Assembly (NCBI GenBank): GCA_025999215.1
Contig: AP024679.1
Coordinates: 101,645 to 165,644 of the forward strand
DNA length: 64,000 bases
Direction: 5' to 3'
Source of the DNA: Candidatus Dojkabacteria bacterium
GTDB taxonomy: Bacteria > Patescibacteriota > Dojkabacteria > J137
Shown here: positions 21,046 through 31,201 of the stretch, one piece after another
Layout of the letters: each line of letters begins with the position of its first letter
Numbering within the stretch: position 1 is the first letter of the stretch
Made by a program: the position numbers and the translations under genes
The notes under the pieces: generated by a model
What the model was told of the DNA's origin: nothing
What the model saw: the letters and a program-made list of their open reading frames with translations, nothing else
The model's database searches: none

Positions 21046-24000
21046 ATGTCTCGAGGTAATCCTGAAAGGAATGGTTCGTATGAAAAACCTCCAAAAATAA
21101 ACCAGATACAAGATAAGGAACAATTAAGTTTTGTAATTCATAGACTTATTCATTTATTCCAAAATTTAGGTTCCTTACAAGAAACCGTTAATATAAAAGA
21201 ACAAGTTAATTATTTTAATAAAATTTTAACTACAGAGAATTTAAGAAAAATATTTGGTGAAGTATTATCGTATGATCCTTCAGATTTTGCTCAAACTCAG
21301 ACAGAGAAATCTCCAGTATTTGAAAATATCTCACAATTACTTAATCATTTAAGACTTAACTATCATTTGCTAAAGAATTTTATTAGAGCGGATAACCCAT
21401 TTTTCACGTATTTAGGACTATTGGAAATATCTGCCCAAAAAGATGAAACAAATGTAAAAGAAGCAAGTCAAACACTACCCAACAATGTAATTCATTTTCC
21501 AACTCCTGGTTTAACAAGCAACCCCAGTAATCAAAATGAAGAGCAGTCTGGCAGTACTGTATCTGAAACTCAAAATGATTACCGTTTTGATTTAAACAAA
21601 CTGATTATATTTATATCAAACCAGGATAATCCCGACCCTGAGAATATAGCAAAGCTGCTTAGATCTTTATCAGAAATACTTTCAACAAAAATAATGGATA
21701 TAAATCAAATGAAAAGAATTGGTGAGCTGGCTCAAATTTTCATCTCAAGAAGTAATCTAAAATCAGAAATTATAATACCTGAAAAACCTAAAAATACAAT
21801 AGAGAATGAAGAAATTGTAAATGCAGCTAAGTACCTTTTAGAAAAACCTGATAGCAAGTTTGGAAAACAAGAAAAAATTTTGGCTTTGAATGCGCTTTCG
21901 AATAATCTCACAAAGTTTCTAAAAAATACCCAAAAAGAAGATATTGAAACAAATTTTTTTACAAATTATATTCTCAACACAATTATTAATATTTACCTTA
22001 GTTCAGACGATGATAATCGAAAAATTATAGAGAATATTATTAATTCATTTAGTAAAGTAAGAAATAATGACGAAATACAAGCTTATTGGGAGTCTATCAA
22101 AAAAATATTTGACAGTAAAATTGCAACAAACTTTTTTGAAATTTTAGCAACAATTGAAATAGAAATAAAAAAATTATATGAAGAGGATATGAACAATGAG
22201 GACTTTGAAAATTTGTTAAGCAAATTAGATGAAGATAAAAAACTGATAATAATAATGATAATAAAAGATTTTTTAAGGTTTTACTTTAAATCAAAACATA
22301 ATAGGCTACATAATTATTTTAAAGTTATCTTTAAACAAATTTTTCAACTTCGGACAGAGATTGAAATTACGGATTCAGATATAAGTAAATTTGAAAGTAA
22401 TCTTACAACACTAAATGATTTACTAAACCCAAAAAGAAAAATGCTTGAAAAAGTTTTAGGCTCAAATTCAAAAATATCAAACATAATTGATCCAATTCGC
22501 AATTATATTTCTGTTTTAAAGAAACAAAAGTTCAGTAAACAAACTGAAAATATAGATACATCACAGATTAAAAATACCTCACCTAATACTTCTTCAGAAC
22601 CTTTATCAGAAAGAGCACGTATATTTAAAAGTAAAATGCTTGAAAAAGTTTCATTAAATTTAAGACGATTAAACCCAATTGATATAATTCGCAATTTTAT
22701 TTCTGTTTTAAAGAAACAAAAGTTCAGTAAACAAACTGATGAGTTCAGTGAACAAACTGAAAATATAGATACATCACAGATTAAAAATACCTCACCTAAT
22801 ACTTCTTCAGAACCTTTATCAGAAAGAGCACGTATATTTAAAAGTAAAATGCTTGAAAAAGTTTCATTAAATTTAAGACGATTAAACCCAATTGATATAA
22901 TTCGCAATTTTATTTCTGTTTTAAAGAAACAAAAGTTCAGTAAACAAACTGATGAGTTCAGTGAACAAACTGAAAATATAGATACATCACAGATTAAAAA
23001 TACCTCACCTAATACTTCTTCAGAACCTTTATCAGAAAGAGCACGTATATTTAAAAGTAAAATGCTTGAAAAAGTTTCATTAAATTTAAGACGATTAAAC
23101 CCAATTGATATAATTCGCAATTTTATTTCTGTTTTAAAGAAACAAAAGTTCAGTAAACAAACTGATGAGTTCAGTGAACAAACTGATGAGTTCAGTGAAC
23201 AAACTGAAAATAGGGAAGTAACAGAACAGGCTTCAGAATTTTTACAAAATGCACAAAACTATTATAATCTTAAAGAACTTAAAGATAAACGAACTTTTTT
23301 TGAAAGTTTTTTAGAATACTTGTTCCTGAACGAAAATATCGATAACATGAACAAATCTTTTGGAGTTGAAAGCAGAGATGAGATTTCAGATGAAGTTAGT
23401 AGAAATCAAATCGTAACTCAACTTTTAGAAAGTTGTAAAAACAAACAAAATTATTCAGATAATGAATTTTATACAAATTTTACAGGAATTTTTAGCATCG
23501 ATTTCAACCGGGATTTTGTGATTTTACTCAATTCAGATAAAATTGGTTATAAATTTAAACATTTTTTAATTGAATTATATAAAAAAAGAGTTAATGGTGA
23601 AATAGAAGGCACTAAGTTTTACGGTTTATTTTTAAAATTTCTTTTCTTAAATGAAGATGATCAGATAAAAGAATTGAAGTTGTTTGGTGAAGAATATAAT
23701 ATTACTGAAGAAGAAAAAAAAGAATTACTAGACATAATGGCAAAGTCAAGTGATTCGATTGTAGCTTTTTTATTTGGAAGCATAGAAGCAGTCTTTGGCC
23801 TAAAATTTTTAAACAATATTTCTAATGATATAAATATACCAAAAGTGCTCAAAAATTTTTTAATTAATTTATACGTAAAAAAAATAAACAACCGTGCAGA
23901 ATATAATTCAAGTGAAATGTTGATAAAATTTATTAAGTTTATGTTTTATTTTGAAAAAATTACAGATGAAGAAAAAAAAGAAATGTATGAACTTTTTGGT

Positions 24001-25041
24001 ATAGATAACATAGATCAAATTACTGAAGAAAAGAAAACTATAGTTGATTATCTTTTATCAAACGATAATATTTACTCGATATTTTTCCCTATTCGTTCAA
24101 ATTTTATAATAAGATGCCTAAACGACTTATCTTTTACAAAATTAAAACAATTATTTGAATATGTTGTCTTCAATTTTGATAAAACAAAAAACAGGCTAGA
24201 ATACATTAACGAAAATAATTGGCCTTTACACATCTTTAAATACCTTCTTTCGGGTGGAAACACATACACACAAATAGAAAATTTTTTTCCTTCACAAGAT
24301 GATCAACAAAACCTTGATATTAATGATCGGTACCAATTTTTACAAGATCTTGCAAATAGTTTCAAAAAATTTGGTATCGATACTAGTTCACTAACTGATT
24401 ATTATTCATTTGCTTATAGTATTTTAATAAATGAAGAAGTTGAAAATAAAATTAAAAACTTTATAATAAAAGTACATATTCTAAAATATGGTGTAAACAA
24501 TAAAAGCCAACATGAAATTTTCTCTAACTTTTTTCAGTATCTGATTTTGAATAAAAATGATGTTGAAGATATGAACGATCTTTTTGGTGTTGAAAGCAGG
24601 AGTGATATTTCAGACTCGGAAAGAGATATTATAATAGAAGAAATATTTACAAAACTTGGCAAGTTTTCCGATCGGTTTTTTCCTTACTACGCAAAACTAT
24701 TTTGGAATTGTGCATATGGTACTAATAGTCCAGATAAATTGAAAACATTTATGCATAACTATCTAAAAGAAAAACATTCATATATACATTCATATATATT
24801 TAATGACATGATTACATTTTTTAGAACTGGCAAAGATAATAATGAAGGACTCATAAGGAGTTTTTTTGAATTAGAAGATACACAAAATTTAGATGATGAT
24901 GATAAGAAGAAAATTATAACGTTTATTTCATCTGAAACAGACAAATATCCATATCTAGACGAAGAGAATCTCAAATATTTTCTTGAAGTTAAAGAAGAAG
25001 AGCCTAATCCAACCCAAAATCAAGATGACAATCAAAGTTAA
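21046..25041 (+). CDS. giant hypothetical protein (1331 aa) with in-frame tandem repeats
   Basis: No signal peptide. The N-terminal roughly 130 aa are homologous to the N-terminus of the 25187 ORF. Internal 70-aa tandem repeats are present. Confidence 0.6.
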   Translation: MSRGNPERNGSYEKPPKINQIQDKEQLSFVIHRLIHLFQNLGSLQETVNIKEQVNYFNKILTTENLRKIFGEVLSYDPSDFAQTQTEKSPVFENISQLLNHLRLNYHLLKNFIRADNPFFTYLGLLEISAQKDETNVKEASQTLPNNVIHFPTPGLTSNPSNQNEEQSGSTVSETQNDYRFDLNKLIIFISNQDNPDPENIAKLLRSLSEILSTKIMDINQMKRIGELAQIFISRSNLKSEIIIPEKPKNTIENEEIVNAAKYLLEKPDSKFGKQEKILALNALSNNLTKFLKNTQKEDIETNFFTNYILNTIINIYLSSDDDNRKIIENIINSFSKVRNNDEIQAYWESIKKIFDSKIATNFFEILATIEIEIKKLYEEDMNNEDFENLLSKLDEDKKLIIIMIIKDFLRFYFKSKHNRLHNYFKVIFKQIFQLRTEIEITDSDISKFESNLTTLNDLLNPKRKMLEKVLGSNSKISNIIDPIRNYISVLKKQKFSKQTENIDTSQIKNTSPNTSSEPLSERARIFKSKMLEKVSLNLRRLNPIDIIRNFISVLKKQKFSKQTDEFSEQTENIDTSQIKNTSPNTSSEPLSERARIFKSKMLEKVSLNLRRLNPIDIIRNFISVLKKQKFSKQTDEFSEQTENIDTSQIKNTSPNTSSEPLSERARIFKSKMLEKVSLNLRRLNPIDIIRNFISVLKKQKFSKQTDEFSEQTDEFSEQTENREVTEQASEFLQNAQNYYNLKELKDKRTFFESFLEYLFLNENIDNMNKSFGVESRDEISDEVSRNQIVTQLLESCKNKQNYSDNEFYTNFTGIFSIDFNRDFVILLNSDKIGYKFKHFLIELYKKRVNGEIEGTKFYGLFLKFLFLNEDDQIKELKLFGEEYNITEEEKKELLDIMAKSSDSIVAFLFGSIEAVFGLKFLNNISNDINIPKVLKNFLINLYVKKINNRAEYNSSEMLIKFIKFMFYFEKITDEEKKEMYELFGIDNIDQITEEKKTIVDYLLSNDNIYSIFFPIRSNFIIRCLNDLSFTKLKQLFEYVVFNFDKTKNRLEYINENNWPLHIFKYLLSGGNTYTQIENFFPSQDDQQNLDINDRYQFLQDLANSFKKFGIDTSSLTDYYSFAYSILINEEVENKIKNFIIKVHILKYGVNNKSQHEIFSNFFQYLILNKNDVEDMNDLFGVESRSDISDSERDIIIEEIFTKLGKFSDRFFPYYAKLFWNCAYGTNSPDKLKTFMHNYLKEKHSYIHSYIFNDMITFFRTGKDNNEGLIRSFFELEDTQNLDDDDKKKIITFISSETDKYPYLDEENLKYFLEVKEEEPNPTQNQDDNQS
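22440..23215 (+). repeat. in-frame tandem repeat inside the 1331-aa ORF: about 3.5 copies of a roughly 210-bp unit, with a nested 21-bp sub-repeat
   Basis: The units IRNFISVLKKQKFSKQTDEFSEQTENIDTSQIKNTSPNTSSEPLSERARIFKSKMLEKVSLNLRRLNPIDI are nearly identical at the nucleotide level. The 21-bp sub-unit encodes SEQTDEF and occurs 1-3 times per unit. Confidence 0.8.
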
Positions 25042-25186
25042 AATATAATGAATTATTACCATATTAAGTTTATAATTTGATACAATTAAGAATATAAGAC
25101 CAAACAAAAAAAATATGAAAAAGCACATCAAAGTTAAGTTTTTGTTACAATATGTTTTGAGAATAAATTTTATGTAAAAAATATCA

Positions 25187-28100
25187 ATGAATACATTCCC
25201 TGAATCTAGAAACCCAACTTTCAACCCTGAGGGAAATCAGATTCCTGTTCCTGAAAATCAGGACCAATTTATAGATTTAATAAAAAGTTATATTAGCTCG
25301 ATACAAAAATCAGATCAGGAGGGAAAATTATCACATTTTCGAAACTTAAGTAAAATTTTAACCATAAATAATATTATTGAATTTTTTAATATAAAGGATG
25401 ATGAAATTTATGATCCCAAAAATACAGAATCAGCAGAAAACATTGGAAGTGCCTCTGATTTAATAAATTATTTAAGGCATACACTAACCAACATATTACC
25501 CTTTTCATATCAAGAAGCTAACAATCCAATATTCCGCTACTTATTGTTAATAGAACAATCATCACAAAGCCTATCCAGTGAAAGCTCAGAAGTTGAAAAA
25601 AACGATCTAATAACGAAAGTTGACGTTATCTATAGTAAATTGTTAAAACTTATATCGCAATCAAAAATTAAAATTAAAGACATACCAATTCTTGTTGATG
25701 CTATTTTTCAATTTGAAAAACACCGCGTTTCATCTGATAGTCAAAAAATGTATGATAAGCTTACCCTAACATATAGAGTTGTTGAACTAATTTCAAAATT
25801 ATTTGAATTAACAGAAATAACTATTTATGAACCAATAGTATTTAATCAATTATTTGAAATTGTTTTCGACATAATACCTGAATCCTTTCAAAATTTAGAT
25901 CCAGAAGATTATGAAGGAATAATTGAAACTTTAGCTTATATCTATCAAGAATTTGTGAAAATAATAGATAAAATTTCAAAAAAAGATTTTAATAAAATAG
26001 ATTATAAAATAAATTATGAAAAAACTTTTAACGCATTAAATGAAGCATTTAAACAAAATAGTTTTTATACGCTTAGATTTGGTGCCATGATTGTTAAAAT
26101 GTTAGTGAAAATTAAACAAAAAAAACCTGAACAATTTACAAATATGGGTAACCAAATTTCAAAATTAGCTAAATCTTTAACAAATTCAAATCTTAATCCC
26201 TTATTAAATTCATTACAAACTATAGCGAATAAGAAAAGTGAACTAACTTTAGATGATTTAAAATCTGTTATTAACAACATTATTAACAATTTTTCATACC
26301 TAAAAGATATATTTCTAATTCTCGAAGAATTAAGAAGTCTTAATGATGCTACAGACATACGTTCGTTAAAATCAATTTCAAATTTAATTTCGAAAATTTT
26401 AAAAAAATTTGAACTAAAAGCCCAAGCCCGACAAAATAAAAAGATTCGTGGTGATATAAGACCTGTTTTTCCCTTTTGTAACAACCCACGTGAACTTTTA
26501 CATCAAAATACAAATGATCAAACAAAAAAAATTCCACCTGTGTTTAGAGCAAAGTTAGATGACTACCTTCTATTTGAACTTTTTCATCAACATACAAATG
26601 ATCAAACTGAAAACATTTCAACTGAGTTTAGAGAAAATTTAGATAATAACCGTCTACTTGAACTTTTAAATCAATATATAAATGATCAAACTGAAAACAT
26701 TTCAACTGAGTTTAGAGAAAAGTTGGTTAATTACTGTAATGAACTGGTGAATCCAAAAAAATTAATCGATCCTTTTTCAATATATTTCTTGTATATCCAT
26801 TTGAAAAAAATAAAATTACCGTGTATCCCTCGTTACTACAATTTTGATGAATTTAAAAATATCCTAAATAACGAGTTTCAAATACATATAGATTTAGAAT
26901 TGAATTCCATACAAATTGATGCAGTTTTAAGAATGTTCATTGAAAATAATTATCTAATAGATGCATCAGGAAATATCGATATGTTTACTCTCACAATTTT
27001 TTATCTTAAGCTTAAAGATTTTTATAAAACGAAAGGATATGAATTTGATGAAGAAATCTTTTTCAATATTTTAAAACTTTACGGTATTGAGAGAAGTGAA
27101 GTGACTGAGGGTGATGAAATTAAGTTTGATCATAGTGCTTTGAGGTTATATAGCATTTTTGCTTCAAATTCAACTCAAGAAAAAAATAAGGATTTTACTG
27201 AGCTCTTGGAAATTTGTATTGATTTGAAGAACAATGATGCAAGGTCTTTTCGTAGTAGTATAGCTAGCAAAGTGTCGAACCTGACTCTAGAAAATAAAAT
27301 AAACTTAATTATGCTTATAGCTGAAATAAAACCAAGATTTAGATTTTTTGCAAAATATGTGACACAACATTTATCGATTAGAAATGATCTATACTATCGC
27401 ATAACTTTAGAGTCTAGGATAGAATCTCTAGAATATGAACTAGCCAAATGGTTTGAAGAAAAGTTAAAAAATAAAAATCTTCAACTTGATGATGATACAC
27501 TAAAAGCCTTAGATTACATTCGTGAAACCTTAACAATCAATGTTTTAAATTTTTTAAAACAATTAAAAGAAAGTATTGACAAAGCTCTTCAATCAAGCTA
27601 CAACGAAGAAGTTGATAATACACAAATGAAGCTAAAAAATCAAGAAGGAATTCAATATACACCAACAGAACAGAGTGGTTTAAAATCGAGTGACGATCCA
27701 ACTAACCCCAAGCAAAGAACGCAAGCACTCGAACGCAGAGAACCTTATGTTACACCAAAAAGTAATAAAAATAATGAAGGAGAGGGAAATGTAGAAGTAG
27801 GAAGAAATGTAGAAGCAGGAGTAACAAGTTCTGAAAAAATTATAGACCAACTTGAAGCTATTTTGTTTTTAAAGACTTTTCTAGAGAAATATAGAACAGA
27901 TCTATTGGTGCGTGAAAAACAAAATGGATCAATATTTACAGGTGTTAAAGGGTTAGTTAGAAAAATTTCTGGGAATTCAATTCCATATCGTGTAAAGCAT
28001 GAAAAAAAAATACTTAGGGAAATGTATGTTCGTTACGGTGATGATCATATTAAAAGAATTTTAAAAATAATTGATGATCTATTAGGAGATGATAATTTTA

Positions 28101-30904
28101 AACAAACCGAGCAAGGCCAATGGATTATAAAAGCAATATCGTTGCTAGCCAATATGAATAATTTAAAAGGATATGGATTGAGTGATGTAGAGTCACACAG
28201 TTTAGCTTTTCCATCTATGCTTAGTAGTTTTAACTTGGAAAATATTCAGAGATTATTAAATGAAGGATCTAATACAAACATTGATACGCAAAAAACAGAG
28301 TCAGGTCAAGATATTCCGACTCAAATATTAAATTTAATAGAAACTTCTTTAAATTTTGTAGCACCGGATGATCTGAGAAGTTCTGCTATTAGTTTTCTAC
28401 AGTCTTTAAGCAACACTATTTCGGAACAAGAAGATACAGAAAAAAACACAACTGGTCAGCCTCTGCAAGAAGCTATAGAAGAAAAAGCCATTGATGAGCT
28501 TAGGAATGAATCTACTCTGCAAGCTCTGGTCGTTGCATTAAGTGATAAAAATTTTGTACCGAAACTTATTCATTATATTAAAAAACTTGAACAAATAGTT
28601 AAACCTGAACAAGAAACACCCGAACAAAAAAAGCCTGATCCTGTGGAGCATCCACTAATTAAAGCAACAGAGAGATTGTTAAATGAAGAGAGGGAAAAAG
28701 GGGAATCTGCAGATAGCTTTAAATTCAATTTGTACGATGCATTGTACTATGAATTTTTTTCTATTATACCAAATCTAAATGATTATAATATAAATGCTGC
28801 AAATCAAAATGAGCAAGATACAGGTAACAGCAACTCAACTGCAATTGTACCTTATGATCCACGAGCAAATGCTATTGTACCTTGGTCGGACCAAACATCA
28901 ATTAATTCTAATTTACCTAATGAGCCTACAAATGGAGGTGTAAATCAAAATGAATTGTTGATTATTAATAAGATAATTGAAATGGTTACATCACCAAATG
29001 TTGAAACTGGTGCTTCTATAGAAGACATTTTATCTGAAGCTGATAAAATTTATGCAAACTTTAAAACTTTAGAAAATATAATTAAAAATCAAGAAAATGA
29101 AGAACATTTAAAGAAATTAAACACATTCATTTTGATTGGTTTTATTCGACATATCATCCATAAAAGTAATGTAAATATTGAAAATCAAGGTGAGTCCGAA
29201 GCAGATGATCTTGATCTTAAGAATGCTGCTGCTATGTTTATTGCCTCACAAGGTCCTGTTATGATAGATTATGATTTATTAAAACTTATAACCGAAGACC
29301 AATACGAGGCCGTAAAAGATATGCCTGCTGATATCACTACACTGTTTGTAATAAAGTATTATCGTTGGGATTATTATCAATTCTATGATAGATTGGCTGG
29401 TGATCCTTCTTTAAGTGAAAATAGACTGATTATTTATAAACTTCTTTTGAAAAATGCACTTAGAATGGTTCTACAAGAAACCGCAGAAGATCAAGTTGAA
29501 GAAGTAACAACAATTAGAATTAAGAGATTTTTTGATTACATAGAAAATTTTCCAATAGATACTTTTAAAGGAGATGATGATTTATCTAATCTTATAAATG
29601 AACTTAAGAATAAATATATTGAATATTTAAGTTCAGATGATAAAAACAGCCATCACATAGGTAAAGTTCTAGAAAAAACAGATTTAGAAGAAGGTGATTT
29701 ACAGAAACTTTTGAGATATTTACTTGGTGATAACGCTTCTTTACCAGATACTAATACTATAACGTCATCAAATTATGAAAATGAAAATCCATTAGAACCT
29801 CCTTTCCAAAATCTTTTACAAAAAATAGAAGAAAATCCAAATATTGACTCGGATGTAAAGAATAATTTGACTAATCAGCTAAATAGACTGAGGGGCTTAC
29901 AAGAAGGACTTGATGCTAAGGTTTTAGATAGTATTGCTGTAAATATTAGTCAAACTTTGGAGAACTTAAAAAAAGTTTCTAGTGAAGAAAATTCACCTTT
30001 CCAAATTATACAACAATTGATAGCGAACTGCATTGATGAATCGTTATATAATGAAAAGAATAAACTCATTGCTTTTGCAATATTTCATAGAATACCAGAC
30101 ATTTTAAGTACTCACTTTGATACTTTTTGGAAACCCGCTTTAGAAAGTTTAATTAATTTTGCAGTGTTTACAGAAATGTGGAGTACCTCTAGTATTAATA
30201 CTAAGGTTTTAGAGAATTTCTTTAATAGTTTTAGTGAAAACGCTTCTAATGATTACTTAAACTCGTTAATAAATCATCTAATAAATAAAGTATTAAAAGA
30301 TAAAAGTACTGATAACGATAGTAATAATGAAGCAATTTATTATATTTGTCAATTTTTATTAAAAAATTTTTCAAAAGTTTCACAACAAAACTATGAATCG
30401 TTAAAAGAAGTTTTGGTTAAATTAGCTAGTTCATCTCGCGCTATTTTCAATAGTGTGCTTAAACCTTTGATAACGGAAAATATTTTTAGCCTTTTAAATA
30501 GTGGCGCTACAGAAAGTAGTGAAATCGTTAATAGTTCATTAGCTTTCAATATAGAGTTGGTAAATCGTTTATTTTTAGTAGCTAATAATGATTATGAATA
30601 TGGAAAAAATCTCTTCATTGAAATTTTTTTAGATGGTATTTTTAATCATTTAGAAAAGTTAGATAACCCAAAAAGTATTTCATCTCAAATTAAAACTATA
30701 TTCAATAAATTAGTAGATTTACCTGAACAATATAGGGTAGGGTTTATAACATCATTAAAAAAGAGAGTATATTGGTGCAAAGAGTACAATAACGGTGTTT
30801 ATAAATTTATAGAGCCTTATTTTCTGAGATTAGTGATTGATTGGTTCAATACTAATTCGATAGGCCAAGTATTTCCTGAAGGTTCGGATGTTTTAGAGCT
30901 CTAA
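25187..30904 (+). CDS. giant hypothetical protein (1905 aa)
   Basis: No signal peptide. The N-terminus is paralogous to the 21046 ORF (shared KILT...YDP...LxNxLR...NPxFxYLxLxE). An internal 28-aa x3 repeat is present. Confidence 0.6.
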   Translation: MNTFPESRNPTFNPEGNQIPVPENQDQFIDLIKSYISSIQKSDQEGKLSHFRNLSKILTINNIIEFFNIKDDEIYDPKNTESAENIGSASDLINYLRHTLTNILPFSYQEANNPIFRYLLLIEQSSQSLSSESSEVEKNDLITKVDVIYSKLLKLISQSKIKIKDIPILVDAIFQFEKHRVSSDSQKMYDKLTLTYRVVELISKLFELTEITIYEPIVFNQLFEIVFDIIPESFQNLDPEDYEGIIETLAYIYQEFVKIIDKISKKDFNKIDYKINYEKTFNALNEAFKQNSFYTLRFGAMIVKMLVKIKQKKPEQFTNMGNQISKLAKSLTNSNLNPLLNSLQTIANKKSELTLDDLKSVINNIINNFSYLKDIFLILEELRSLNDATDIRSLKSISNLISKILKKFELKAQARQNKKIRGDIRPVFPFCNNPRELLHQNTNDQTKKIPPVFRAKLDDYLLFELFHQHTNDQTENISTEFRENLDNNRLLELLNQYINDQTENISTEFREKLVNYCNELVNPKKLIDPFSIYFLYIHLKKIKLPCIPRYYNFDEFKNILNNEFQIHIDLELNSIQIDAVLRMFIENNYLIDASGNIDMFTLTIFYLKLKDFYKTKGYEFDEEIFFNILKLYGIERSEVTEGDEIKFDHSALRLYSIFASNSTQEKNKDFTELLEICIDLKNNDARSFRSSIASKVSNLTLENKINLIMLIAEIKPRFRFFAKYVTQHLSIRNDLYYRITLESRIESLEYELAKWFEEKLKNKNLQLDDDTLKALDYIRETLTINVLNFLKQLKESIDKALQSSYNEEVDNTQMKLKNQEGIQYTPTEQSGLKSSDDPTNPKQRTQALERREPYVTPKSNKNNEGEGNVEVGRNVEAGVTSSEKIIDQLEAILFLKTFLEKYRTDLLVREKQNGSIFTGVKGLVRKISGNSIPYRVKHEKKILREMYVRYGDDHIKRILKIIDDLLGDDNFKQTEQGQWIIKAISLLANMNNLKGYGLSDVESHSLAFPSMLSSFNLENIQRLLNEGSNTNIDTQKTESGQDIPTQILNLIETSLNFVAPDDLRSSAISFLQSLSNTISEQEDTEKNTTGQPLQEAIEEKAIDELRNESTLQALVVALSDKNFVPKLIHYIKKLEQIVKPEQETPEQKKPDPVEHPLIKATERLLNEEREKGESADSFKFNLYDALYYEFFSIIPNLNDYNINAANQNEQDTGNSNSTAIVPYDPRANAIVPWSDQTSINSNLPNEPTNGGVNQNELLIINKIIEMVTSPNVETGASIEDILSEADKIYANFKTLENIIKNQENEEHLKKLNTFILIGFIRHIIHKSNVNIENQGESEADDLDLKNAAAMFIASQGPVMIDYDLLKLITEDQYEAVKDMPADITTLFVIKYYRWDYYQFYDRLAGDPSLSENRLIIYKLLLKNALRMVLQETAEDQVEEVTTIRIKRFFDYIENFPIDTFKGDDDLSNLINELKNKYIEYLSSDDKNSHHIGKVLEKTDLEEGDLQKLLRYLLGDNASLPDTNTITSSNYENENPLEPPFQNLLQKIEENPNIDSDVKNNLTNQLNRLRGLQEGLDAKVLDSIAVNISQTLENLKKVSSEENSPFQIIQQLIANCIDESLYNEKNKLIAFAIFHRIPDILSTHFDTFWKPALESLINFAVFTEMWSTSSINTKVLENFFNSFSENASNDYLNSLINHLINKVLKDKSTDNDSNNEAIYYICQFLLKNFSKVSQQNYESLKEVLVKLASSSRAIFNSVLKPLITENIFSLLNSGATESSEIVNSSLAFNIELVNRLFLVANNDYEYGKNLFIEIFLDGIFNHLEKLDNPKSISSQIKTIFNKLVDLPEQYRVGFITSLKKRVYWCKEYNNGVYKFIEPYFLRLVIDWFNTNSIGQVFPEGSDVLEL
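26500..26745 (+). repeat. three tandem copies of an about 84-bp in-frame repeat inside the 1905-aa ORF
   Basis: HQNTNDQTKKIPPVFRAKLDDYLLFELF, HQHTNDQTENISTEFRENLDNNRLLELLN and QYINDQTENISTEFREKLVNY. The second and third copies are nearly identical at the nucleotide level. Confidence 0.7.
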
Positions 30905-31201
30905 AGGTATCATACCACCTATAGAAGTGATGAGTCGAGTGGTGAAATTAATCCTGCTAAAGCTTATCTGTATATTTATCATGTAATTGATCCAGACGGA
31001 ACTTATGAAAAGTGTAAGGGTAAAATTCCGTATATTTTTCCTGAATTTAATCAAGATAATATAGATCAAGTTAATAATCCTTTAGACGAATTACTAGAAA
31101 ACTTTATTAAAGAGGAGGTTAAGAAAGGGTCCAATAACAAACAAGATAGTTCTGATGATTCCTTACCTTCAAACCCTTCTGAACAAAACATTGAAACATG
31201 A
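30905..31201 (+). other. 98-codon in-frame open extension directly after the TAA stop of the 1905-aa ORF (possible readthrough or recent nonsense mutation)
   Basis: The same frame as 25187..30904 runs with no stop and no ATG/GTG/TTG from 30905 to a TGA at about 31199. The composition is coding-like and D/E/N/S-rich. Confidence 0.35.

Noticed and set aside
22503-23120. 205-aa minus-strand ORF with its own internal repeats
   Set aside because: It lies entirely antisense within the tandem-repeat array of the 1331-aa gene. Its openness and periodicity are by-products of the plus-strand coding repeat, so it is not an independent gene.
22440-23215. Possible CRISPR array suggested by regular direct repeats
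   Set aside because: The units are about 210 bp with no unique spacers. They are in frame inside a long ORF and there are no cas genes, so this is a protein-coding tandem repeat.
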